64,000 bases of DNA, taken from NCBI GenBank assembly GCA_963845755.1, contig CAWJTV010000041.1:608001-672000 (forward strand), given 5' to 3'. This document shows, piece after piece, positions 20,400 through 31,500 of the stretch. This stretch comes from an uncultured Planctomycetota bacterium. Its GTDB lineage: Bacteria > Planctomycetota > Planctomycetia > Isosphaerales > Isosphaeraceae. The translations under genes and the position numbers were made by a program. The notes under the pieces are model-generated. The model searched no databases and was not told where the DNA came from. It saw only the letters and a list, made by a program, of their open reading frames with translations. Each line of letters opens with the position of its first letter. The first letter of the stretch is position 1.

Positions 20400-21682
20400 T
20401 CAGTTCGAGGACGGACGCGTCACATGCGATGACTCGCGCTGAACCTGGACTCCACTGGGCGTTGAAGCCGCGGCCTGGGTCGGCCGCGTCGCACCTTCCT
20501 GAAGGAGCAGGATGAGCGAGTGCTCCAGTTCGGCCGGCTTGAACAGGTACGGGCCGCGTCCACTCTTGAAGCCGACCTTGCCCTCTCGGTCGATGACATA
20601 AAGGCGGCCGGGCATGCCGCTATAGCGGTTGCCGGCCAGGTCGTCGATCGAATCGACGAGCATCGGGAAGCCGAGCCCGAGGAGCCGACTGCAGGTCTGG
20701 GCGACTTCGCGCGCTCGTCGTAGGTCCGGGGCTGGGCCGTGGCGACGTTCGCGCGATCGTTGCTGTCCATCCGCCAGCCATCGGTCGGATGGGCTTCCCG
20801 CACGTAGACCATCACGAACGTGGCGCGGTCCTTGTAACGCCGGTAGAGCTTCTCCATGTTCCCGGCCTGGCTGCGGAACGGCCCGCAGGTGAAGTTCCCG
20901 AAGACCAGGACGACCGGCTTGGGGCCGATCAGTTTCGAGAGCGTGATCTCGCCCTTGCCGTCATTGGTCTTGAGCGTAAAATCGGGCGCACTCTCGTCGA
21001 GCTTCGGACCCGGCTCGAGCGAACCGACCTCTCGACGAAACAGGCCGCGGATCAGCGTCGCCTTCGAAGGCCGCCCCGTGTTCGGGCCGGTCGGAGGCAT
21101 CGGAGGTGGGGCGAACGCCTCTTGCAGGTCGGAGAGCGACAGGAAGTCCTGACCGCCGCTGTCGGCCGCCCGGAAGAACGCGTCAACCTCCTCGCGCGTG
21201 ACCTTGCCGTTGCTGTCGCGATCCATGCGCGAGAATATCAGAGATCCCGGCGAAGGTGCCAGCGAGCTGCCCGAGAAGTCGAAATCGGGCGGTGTCAATA
21301 CACCGTCGTGATTGCGGTCCAGCCGCGCGAAGTCGTCGCCGCCGCCGAACTCCTGGCGCGTGATCTTGCCGTTAGCGTCGCGGTCGAATCGCTTGCGAGT
21401 CGCGTTCCAGTCGAATCGCGTTTGCGAAACGGCCGTGCGAAACCAGCCGAAGTTGGGACTCATCGGTTCTTCTTCGAGAATGCTTGCGAGCATATCGACC
21501 CACTCGGGATGATCGGGCCAGGATTCATTCAGAGCCGCGGCCACCTCTGCCACCTCTCGCTGGTGGGCCTCAGCCGGTGAGGCCGGCGGCTTCCTCGGGT
21601 CGTCGGCCGCCACCAGCGCCGCCACGACCCACGGGAGGAGGATCGTGCTCGCGGTCGTCCGGATTCCAGGTCGTCTGTTCAT
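20400..21682 (-). CDS. Secreted EF-hand + deiodinase-like protein, Cys form (FGNFTCGPF); frameshifts near 20700
   Basis: Paralog of 9968-11281: KPVVLVFGNFTCGPFRSQ...VYVREAHPTDGW...YSGMPGRLY. Confidence 0.88.
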
Positions 21683-22219
21683 CAGGAGGCTCCTCAGTTC
21701 TTTGATTCGTGTCTGGGCAGGAAATGGGGCGCGCGGTCGGCCGGGGGCAGCACTCCGGAGCGGGAATCGGCGCGGTCCGATGGGCGCGCGCGGGGTCGTC
21801 CTCGGCACAGGGCGAGGTATCCGAGAGCGGGACTACCTGGGTTGGCGGAGGCGCGTCCTTCTCGATCCGCCTCGCCATGAGTCGCACGGCGATGAAATCG
21901 GCCAGGAATCGCCTTGAAATATTGTTGCTGTCATCCATAGCAGGCAATCCTTTCACGCTCGGTTTCTCGGAGGCATACTGACGAATGGCGAGCGCAAACG
22001 AGCTCTGTGTAACCCGCCTCGAGTGGCCCCTCGACCCCCTTGGGGCTGGGTCACCGGAGCCTTGCAACAGGGTAAGGAGAGTCGGTGGACCGAGATCGAT
22101 CGATCACGATTCGAGATCGAGCATCGTGCTGCTCGCAATCACCTGCGATCGCCGGTCCGATGGGATACGCGCCGCGCACGGATTGAAACGATCCCACCGG
22201 GTCAACTCCGTTGAGGCGA

Positions 22220-22672
22220 TTAAGAGTGTGAATGCGACTGGAGATGCCGGGGAGGCCGTTCCGGCGGAGAGGAATTGTGCCGTGGATGTGCCCGGAGGAT
22301 CTCGGGCCGTATCTCGGTCGAGTTCGGGCTATCCCAGCCGGGTGCTACGGTTGTGCAGCACCAGGATTCACTTCGCAAGGAAGTCGCTGGCGATGGTGCC
22401 GGCGGCAACGGTTGTCCCTGCGAGCAGGATAGGCCGGAACACGGTTGGTTGCGCCGGGGCCCGGGCAGCGCCGAATCGCGAGGGCTGGCGAGGGAAGCAT
22501 CGAGCCATGCCAGGTCAGCGAGCGATTCTTGGACCGATCGGCTCAGTTGAGAAGTGACGCCATGACTGCAACCCGCCCGAGCTGTTGAGGGCGCAATGCC
22601 CCCGACCGTCAGGAGCACGCAGAATGCCCCCGTAACCCAGTGCTTCGCTCGCTGGCGGAACGAAGAGATCAT
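22220..22672 (-). CDS. Leader ORF copy 4, intact 150 aa (signal peptide, ARAGCSH, PCSGLSCS, ERPPR)
   Basis: MISSFRQRAKHWVTGAFCVLLTVGGIAPSTARAGCSH...PCSGLSCSQGQP...SWCC...PERPPRHLQSHSHS. Confidence 0.8.
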   Translation of the reverse strand: MISSFRQRAKHWVTGAFCVLLTVGGIAPSTARAGCSHGVTSQLSRSVQESLADLAWLDASLASPRDSALPGPRRNQPCSGLSCSQGQPLPPAPSPATSLRSESWCCTTVAPGWDSPNSTEIRPEILRAHPRHNSSPPERPPRHLQSHSHS

Positions 22673-22718
22673 TTCGACTCGAGTTGGTGAGGGAACGGCG
22701 ATCTGAGAAATCAGTAAA

Positions 22719-22747
22719 AGGCTATCCGGTAAAAGGTCGGATTTCAA
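22719..22747 (-). promoter_or_regulatory. Sigma70-like promoter of leader copy 4
   Basis: TTGAAA-17 nt-TAGCCT. Confidence 0.65.
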
Positions 22748-22907
22748 GGGACTGCCGAGACTCCGGTCGTTTTTCGAGACCGAGGCCATTCCTCTTTGCG
22801 GAAGGGCCGGGAGTCCAGGTCGCGCCGAGGCGCGAGGCTCGCAAGGCGAACTACGCCGGGAAATCTCCCGATGTGCGCAGGACGCTGCGATCCACCGGAG
22901 GAACACG

Positions 22908-23982
22908 CTACTGAGCGATGACCACTCGCCCAGGTTGGCCGTCTTCGGTAGGCTCCTCGATGGTGATCGAGCGGTCGAGGAAGGCGGAGATGGTCTCGAC
23001 GTTGGTGCGAAGGTGGTCGGTGACTTCACTGACGGTGAACTCGCTCCGGCCGGCTGCGAAGGCCAGTGGCAGGAGGATCTGGTCGGCGGAGTGGGGGTCA
23101 ACCGCGGCATCGGCGACGGTCTCGAAGGCCAGCAACTGGTCAACGGCCTCATCGGCGACCGCTTCCGACGGCTTACCGCGCTCGCCCAGGCCGACGAATG
23201 TGGCGGGGATCCCGCCGTCGTGTTCGGCCGTCAAGCTCAATGCAGCCCCCTGTCCCGGGCTGGTCCAGCGGACGAGGTCGATCTCGGCGGAGAGGCCGTG
23301 GGCCAGGAGGCGATGGACGACGCGGTCGCGCATCCGGCTGGCGATGTCGTCGCGAAGGTTGGCGACTCCGGCGAGGCCATGAATACGGCGAAGCGGGCCG
23401 CGATCGGTCTGGACCCACGCGCGGGGACGCGCCGGCTCGATCCAGGCTTCGAGTTGTCCGCCGCCGCGAGGATAGAAACCGGCCGAAGACATCGCCAGCG
23501 AGATCGGCATGCCGAACGCTTCGAGGTAGGCGCGCCAGGTGGATTCCAGGAAGGGGAAGGCCGGCGCCTTGGGGTTGAAGGTCCCCCCGGCGAGCACGAT
23601 CCGGGACGGCCGGGTGGCGCGCAAGGCCAGTGGCAGGTGCAAGGTCTGAAGGACCAGGCCGGTCGAGCCGGCCGTACCGATGTCGATTGTCAGGTCGCGC
23701 GGCTCGTAGGCCCCGGGCTGAAAGGACAGCTCCCGCGCCGACGGTCGCGCCGACAACGTCCGCGCGGCCCAGCTCGACGGCCGCATCCACTGCCGTCTTG
23801 TGCTGGGGACGCAGGCCCGGATTGTCACGATTGGCGCGGATCCGGGTCATGCGGAATGGCCGGCCGGTCAAGAGTGCGAGCGTCAACGCGGTGCGGAGGA
23901 TCTGGCCGCCCCCCTCACCGCGCGAGCCATCCAGCCGCACCGGGTCCGGCCGTTCCGGCGAGTTTGTTGTCTCCGGCGCCAT
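22908..23982 (-). CDS. rtcA: RNA 3'-terminal phosphate cyclase (frameshift near 23740)
   Basis: LDGSRGEGGGQILRTAL..IRANR..PGLRPQH; DIGTAGS; GFYPRGGG; VDPHSADQILLP. Confidence 0.92.
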
Positions 23983-24239
23983 GACCCGAAGCTCCGATCG
24001 ACCTGACATCCAGGGCCGCGACGCCCGATGCGGCATCGCGACCGAACCGGGCTCGTGCGCCCATGCGCCCGCCACCGCCGCGTCCCGACGCTCCTGAGCC
24101 GCGGACCACTCCACTCTACCCGCTCCGGTGCTGCGTAACCATCCATGGTCGTTGGTCCTCGGTCCTTCGATTGATTTCGAGGGCCCTCCATCCTCGCAGA
24201 GGGCGGCTCGGTCGGCTTGCGAACCAAAGCCCGAAGACT

Positions 24240-25353
24240 AAGGGCCATTCGAAGCGGGTAACGGTGGCGCTGGGAATCGGGCGGGGTGATCGAGCTCGTC
24301 GTCGTGACGTTGGGTGCGGCGGCATTCGGCTGGGCTTTCGTATCGGGCCTGGCGGGTCGGGGGGTGCTGGCGGTGGAATCCGCCCGGGGGGGCGGCGGCG
24401 GTGTTGGAGTCGTGCTCGGTACCGCGGGTGGTTCCGGAGGCGGCCCGACCAGCCGCTGGAACAGCTTGGGACGGTCGTTCGTCTTGGGAGCCTCACCGAA
24501 CACGCCGTTAAGGTTGCGGGAGGCCCAGATCAGGATTAACCGCTGGTGACGCTGGTCGCGATCGGATGGCGACTCGCTGAAGAGAAAGCTGCCGAGGCTG
24601 CTCGGGCTCTCGGGCCGGCAGCCGATGACCGCGACCTGGCCCGGTTCGAGCTCGAGGTCCACGGTCAGCTCGCGGACGGTCAATTCCTGCTGGCCGTCGC
24701 GCAGGCTCAACTCCTGGGGGGCCAAACCGGGCGTGCTGTTCAGCGCGGGGAAGGAGGCGCTGCATCGGGCCGTGGTGGACCTCGGGGATCAACCGCAGCG
24801 AGACACCATGGGCACCGTCGTGTCGCGGGGTCACCCGGAAGTAGCCGCTGGCCGCCTCATAATCCTTGCCCGTGACCCGGTTGTCCCGGTTGAGCAGCAG
24901 GGTGGTCTGGTCCACGGCCTCGCTGACGTTGATCAAGTTCTGCTCGCCGCTCTCGAGCACCAGAGTCGTCGGGATGACTGTCGGATGCTGCGGGCCGCCA
25001 TCCTTGAGGATCGTCTGGAGCTCCGACGGGAGCTCGCCGAGGATCCGGCCGACTCGAAGACCATTGGCCTGGAGCGCGCGCCTTTGGGGCGGCGAGACGA
25101 TCTGCTCGTCGGCCACGCGCCAGACCAGCTCATTGATCGCCGGCTCGTTGAACGGCCGGCTCAAGATCGCGACCTGGAGCAGGCAGCGCTTGGGCTCGAT
25201 GAGCTGGCCGGCATGGCCACCGATCCGGTTGAAGATCTGCTGGGGCCGGCTCCCGGGCTTATCCATCGAGCAGCCCGCGACGATCAGCAGGCCGCACGTT
25301 GACACGGCGGTCAGGATCGCAAGCCACACCGGCATCCGGCTCGTCGAGCGCAT
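24240..25353 (-). CDS. Hypothetical lipoprotein (frameshift near 24750; 3' end uncertain)
   Basis: LLIVAGC lipobox; W..ADEQ, ANGLRVG, PEVHHG motifs; Pro-rich tail. Confidence 0.6.
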
Positions 25354-25562
25354 AGGGCGGAATCCTTTCCGCTGGGAAGAGTGGCGGGCCCAGGAGCCCG
25401 CTCCACTGAGGGACCCGTATCCTGGGATCAGTGGGTCGGGCACCCCTGCCCGTCGGCACGTGAGCGTGCCCATCCCGGCCGCGCGGCGCGAGCCGAGCTG
25501 CCGGCGTTGTTTCCAACGGGACTCGGTCTGGAGTCTAGAACCAGACCGCCGACACGTCAACC

Positions 25563-28500
25563 TCAAGTCGTCGGTCGTCGGTTGCGCGACACGGCCATCG
25601 GCCCGTCGAGCAATCGCTCGATCTCGCCGATCGGCGCGCCGGTCGTACCGTCGAAGATCTCGACCAATGTCTGATGGCGCCCTCGAGACTCCGCGACGAT
25701 CTCGGGCGTACTTTCGCCGCTGACATTACGGGTCGTGACCTGGATCCCGCGGTGGAACACATGCCGGAACGCCGTGATGGACTCGATGCGCCGGCCGGTG
25801 ACACCGTCGAAGACATCGATCACCGTCCGGCCGCCGCGCGTCCCTGCGGCGATGATCTCGGAACTGCCATCCCGGTTGAGGTCCGCCATGGCCACCGACA
25901 CGCCGCGAGAGTTCGCGCGACCGAACGGGTAGAACCGGCGGATCACCGCACCGGTCAACCCATTGATCAACTCCACCGGCTCTCGACGGCCTGGCCTCGG
26001 GGCGACGAGGATCTCCGGAGCGCCATTGGCGCTGACCTGTCCCTCCGCCACGTTCACACCGCCACGGCCTGAGGGCTTGTAAGGCCGGATCAGGACCTGC
26101 GGCGAGCCGCTGGGATTCTCGACCTCGATCTTCGACCGGGTCACGACGACCGGATCGACCCCGACCATCAGGACTCCCGAATCGCTCCCGGAATGCTTCG
26201 AATCCCCTTCGTAGACGGCCTGAATCGCCTGAGTGCCGGCGGGCAGTTGCACGTTCAGCGTGGCCACGCCGCCGCTCTCGGGGACGATCCCCAGTACGTT
26301 CGCTCCATCCAGGAACGCCACCAGGCCGGAGCCCAGGGGACTTCCCGTCGCCGTGGAGTTGACCAGGGCGGTCAGTGTGATGGACTCGCCGGTCAGGGCC
26401 GTTGAGGGGCCGACCAGGAGGGTCAACGTGGTCGACGGCGGCGGCGGCGGCGGATTGGCGCCAAGGGTCGGCCCGTGGGGGTTGCCCACAACCAGCACGC
26501 TGTTCGCCCCCAACGACCCGGCCAGGCCGGGCACCGGCAGCGACGGGTCCGCGGCCTGATGGTTGTAGGCGTCCTGGATCGTGGTGCTGGGCGGAATCAT
26601 CAGCGCCGCGGAGGACAGGTAATCCAGCCGCGCACTCCGTTGACCGGCGCCGACGGTATAGTCGAACGTCAGCGTGTTCGTCCCCGAGCCGCCGCTATAA
26701 TTCACCACGGCGGCGCCGCCACCGGCGCCGGTGCTGGCGGCCAGCACGAGCGCGGGCGTGCCGGTCACGATCACGGGCCGGTCGAACTGGACCTGGATCG
26801 GGATCACGTCGCCGGCCTGATACCGACCATCGGGCACCGTGGTCGTGACGGACGACACCACGGGCACCGGCGCGGCCGCGGTATTGATGGCGATCCGATT
26901 GTTATTGCCCAGCGACCCCGGCGCCCCCACCGCCGGCAGGGCCAGGTTCGTGGACCCGTTCAGGACGAGATCGGTGCCGTCATCGAGCCGCGAGCTGCCC
27001 TGACCGGCCGCGACGGTGTAGTCGAACGTCAGGAGATTCGTGCCCGAACCCTTCACGTAGGTGGCGATCGCGGTCTGGCCGCCGCCGAGCGCCAGTTGCA
27101 ACTGCGTGTGCGACGGGTCGGTCACCGTCGCGGGCACGCTGAGGTTCACCGTGATCGGGATGGTCGCGCCCAGGCCGTACGTGCCGTTGATGGCCGTCGA
27201 ACTGACGTTGGCGACCACCGGCGTTGCGGACGCGACCGTCTGGACCGCCAGCGAGCTACTGCCTGGCAGCGAGGCGGCCGATCCCGGTGCCGGCAGCGTC
27301 AGGTTGGCCGGCACGGTCGAGAACTGTTTCGACATGATCGTCGCGCCGTTGAGCTCGAGCGCATCGGTCCCGGCGTAGTCCAGCAGCGGGCTACTCTGGC
27401 CCGCCTGGGGCGTGGCGAGCGTGTAGATAAACTGGAGGATCGGAAGCGTGTCCAGGACCAGGGCGTTGTAGACCGCGACCGCACCGGTGCCGGAGTTCAG
27501 GAGCAGGGTCGGCTTACCCTTCGTGGTATCGACCGTCACGAGGGAGCTGAACGTCACATCGATCACGATCGACGAATTGACCGTACCGCTGGCATCGAGC
27601 CCATAGCCGCCGTTGACGGACTCGGCGGTGACGCTGACCACCTGAGGCGGGGCACCGGCCACCGTCGTGTTATTGCTCCGGAGCGAGCCGGACCCGCCCG
27701 GCGGCGGCAGCATCAGGTTGGCGTTATTTCCCAGCGCGTCGACGATCGTCGCGCCTTTGAGCGCCAGGGCGCCGGCGGAGGCGTAATCCAGATCGCGGCT
27801 CGTGTCGCTGGTCCCGACGGTGTAATCGAACTCCAGCGAGGTGGTGCCCGAGCCGGCCGTGTAGTTGACCGCGACGGTCTGGCCGTTATCGAGCGCCAGG
27901 GTGAGCGTCGGCGTCCCGCCGGTGGTGTGCACCGTCACGGGACTATCGAAGGTGACGAAGATTTGAATGACGCCAGCCGGGCCCACGGTCGCGTTCGTCT
28001 GGTTGTCCCAGACGGCGAGCACCTGCGCGGGATGGTCAACGACGGCCACGGCCCCGCTGGTGCCCAGCGACCCCAGCGTCCCCGGCGGCGGCAGCGTCAA
28101 GTCGGCCGGGGCCGCGGTATTCCCGATCAGGATCTGGCCGCCGTTGAGACTCAGGGCGCCGGTGGACGTATAGTCGAGGGCCGGACTGGCCTGTCCGGCA
28201 ATCGGCGTGAAGTCGAACGTGAGGGTATCCGTCCCGGAACCGCTCACATAGGTGGCATTGGCCGTGCCGGTCCCCCCGGCGACCGCCAGCGCGAGCGTGG
28301 GCGTCCCGCCCGTGGTCTTCACCGTGACCGGCGCGTTGAACTGCACCGTGATCGGGATGAGCGTACCCACTCCGTAGATCCCGTCGGGCTTGGTGGAGCT
28401 GACGTCGATCACGCCGGTCGCCGCGGCGCCGACGGCGATCTGGGTGTTGCCGCCCAGCGAACGCGGACTGCCGGGGTCGAACAAGACCGGCGTCGGGATC

Positions 28501-31500
28501 GCGTTCTTGGTCGTCGCATCCAGGATGTTCCCGGCGATCAGGTTGCTCTGCCCCAGCGAGATGAACGCGGAGCTGGAGAATTCATCGAGGTGCGCGGTCC
28601 GCTGGCCGGCCTGGACGACGTAGTTGAAGACCAGTGTGGTGCTGGGCGCGTTGGGCGACCCGCCCCCCACGTAGGTGGCCATGGCGTTGCCGCCCGGCCC
28701 GTCCGCGTTGAGGAGCAGCACGGGGAGCCCCACGGCTGTGTTCACGATGACCGGGCTGCTGAACGTGACCTGGACCGGGATCAGCGAGCCGGGCAGCTCC
28801 GTGCCGCTGGCATTCGACGTGACGTTCGTCACGACCGGGCCGGCGACGAGATTGCGAATCAAGGTGAAGGAGAGCCCCGTCAGCGGCTTGCCGCTCGTCA
28901 CGCCCGTGATCCCCCCCGCGTTGATGCCGACCTGAACCGAGTTCGGGCTGCCCACGGGGGTGAGGTCGAACGTGTACTGCTCCAGGTCCTGGGGATTCTG
29001 CTGGAAGTTCGAGACCGTGGCATTCGGCGAATAGTTGTTGAGGCTGCCTGCCGTGAAACCGGTGACCGGTTCGGAGAACGTGGCGGTGACCGGGATGGCG
29101 GTGTTGGACCAGTAATCGTGCGTCTGGCCCGAGGTGAGGATCACGGTCGGGCCCGTGATCGTACCGGTGTCGATCGTGAGGCTCGCCGGGGTCGCCAAGG
29201 GGATCCCATCGACGCCAGTGGCGGCGCCCTTCGGGATCGTGACGGTCAACGTCATCGACGACCCGATATCGCTCTGCGCCGGGTTCGCGGCCACGTAGAA
29301 GTTATAGAGGTTGCCACTGCCCTGGAATCCCCAGACCAACGCATTGGGGGAGACCTGGATCTTGGACGCGTCGAAGTTGGTCACCGAGGGTTGGTTGAAC
29401 TGGACTTGCACGAAGTTATAGGCCCCCGCCGTCCCGATCAGTTTGAGCGTGGGCGTCAGGGTCGCATATTGCGAATAGGTAAATCGATAGTTATTCGAAC
29501 CCTGATTCTGGTTCCCGAATGCGTCGGTCGCGGCAAGCTGGAGCAGCGTCACGGTGACGGCGGTGCTCTGCTGGCCAGACGGAAGGGTCGGCTGCACGTG
29601 GATGAGGTAGGTGGTCGGGCTGACCTGGGTCACCGCCCCTTGGATCGAGCCCTGGACGACGGTGATGCCCGAGGCACTGAGCCGGACCGGCTCGTTGAAC
29701 TGGATGTAGACGGGGACGTCCGTGCTGGTGGTATTGGCCGGCGCCGTGGAGTACATGATCGCGACGGGAGCGACTTCGAAGACGCGGGAGAAGGCATTGG
29801 AGGCCGTGTTCGCGTTCCCGGCCGCGTCCTGCGCCGCGCCGCGCGGACCTGGGCCGTGACGGGCCCGATGCCATTCGGGACCAGGTTGAACGTGTAGCGG
29901 GCGCCGCTGCCCGAGAAGTCTTCCAGGGTCGCGTTGCCGACGGTGATGCTCGAGGCGGCGAGGCCGGTGACCGGCTTGCTGAAGATCATGGTGACCGGGA
30001 TCGGGGATTGGAACGTCCCCGGCGAGTCGGCCGACGTGAGGACGACGGAGGGCGGCGTGTTGTCGAACGTGACGGAGAACGGCGCGGCGGCCGTGTTCGC
30101 GTGTCCCGAACCATCCTCGGCCGCGCCCGCGGGGACCTGCACGCTCACCGTCACGGGTCCCGGCCCCGAGGGGGACAGGTTGAAGTGGTAGGTGCTGCTG
30201 TCCGCGGTCGCCTGGGCCACGGCGAGCGTGCCGCCGGTGACCAGGATCTCGTTGAGGAGCGCCGGCGGCGGTGATGTTCACCGCGCTGCTGAACGTCACG
30301 GTCAAGGGGACCTGCGAGAGATTCGTCGTGTTCGAGCCCGGCGTCGAGACCAGGACACTCGGCCCGGTGGTGACCAGGGGCACGCTGAGCTGGGACGAGG
30401 CCGGATTCACGTTCCCGGCCGCGTCCCGCGCCACGCCCGCCAGCACGCCGGCCGTCACCGGCGCGCGGGGGACGTCGGGGTCAGGTCGAAGCTGTACTGG
30501 TTGCCGCTCCCCTGGAAGTTGGTCAGCGTGGCGTTTCCGACCTTCACCCCGCCGGCACCGAAACCGGAGACCGGCTTGCTGAAGAGCACCGTCACCGGGA
30601 TCGGCGTCGTCTGGCCGGTGGCCGTGGTGAACAGCGAGGCGGTCGGCGACGACTGGTCCAGGACCCAACTGACGGAGGCCGTCCCGCTCCCGGCCTGGCC
30701 GGCTGGGTTGAAGATCTGGGACGCGTCGATCGTGAGCACGTAGTTGCCGGGCTGGGTCTGCGTGGCCGCCAATCCCTGGATCTGATAGGTCCCGTCGGGT
30801 TGTCGGACGACGGAGACCCCGTCTCCCAGCACCACCCCGACCCCATCCCACGTCAAGGTCAGCGCGCCGATCCCGAAGCCCTGGAGCGCGGCCGGCGTGG
30901 AGAGGTCCACCGTCACGGAACCGACCGGGCTGCTGCGCAGGACGGGCGAGACGGGCTGGATGGCGGACACCGTGAGCGGGGTCTCGGCGTTGCCGCTGCC
31001 ATCGGTGACGGTGTACGGGATGATCAGCCGGGACGTGCGGGCCATCTGCTCGATCGTGTTGACGGAGATCGCGAAATCCTTGGGCCCCAGGGGGGAGTTG
31101 GTGGCCCCACCCCAGATCTGGACCTTCACCCGGCCGTCCACCATCGGCTGGAACGGCTGGTTCGCCAGGTTGGCCTGGTTGAACAGCGGACTGAACGAGA
31201 CGGTGGGGTCGGCCACCGTCGTGTCGTAGAGCACGAACTGATTGTTTGGCTGGAGCTTGGCCGTGTACCACTCGACGCGGTCCGTGAACGTGGCATTCGC
31301 GCCGGTCGGGTCGTTGCTGTCGTTGAACTGGTAGGAGATCTCGATATTGAAGCTCGGGTTGCCGAGCGCTGTGTTCTGCACGACCCCGGGCCCGTACTGC
31401 CGGCCGTAGGTCGAGTTCGGGGCCGGCGTGTTGTAGGTCCAGGTCAGGAGGTTGTCGAGGAAAACCTGGAACTCCGTCGAACCGCCGGCGATCGGCGTGC

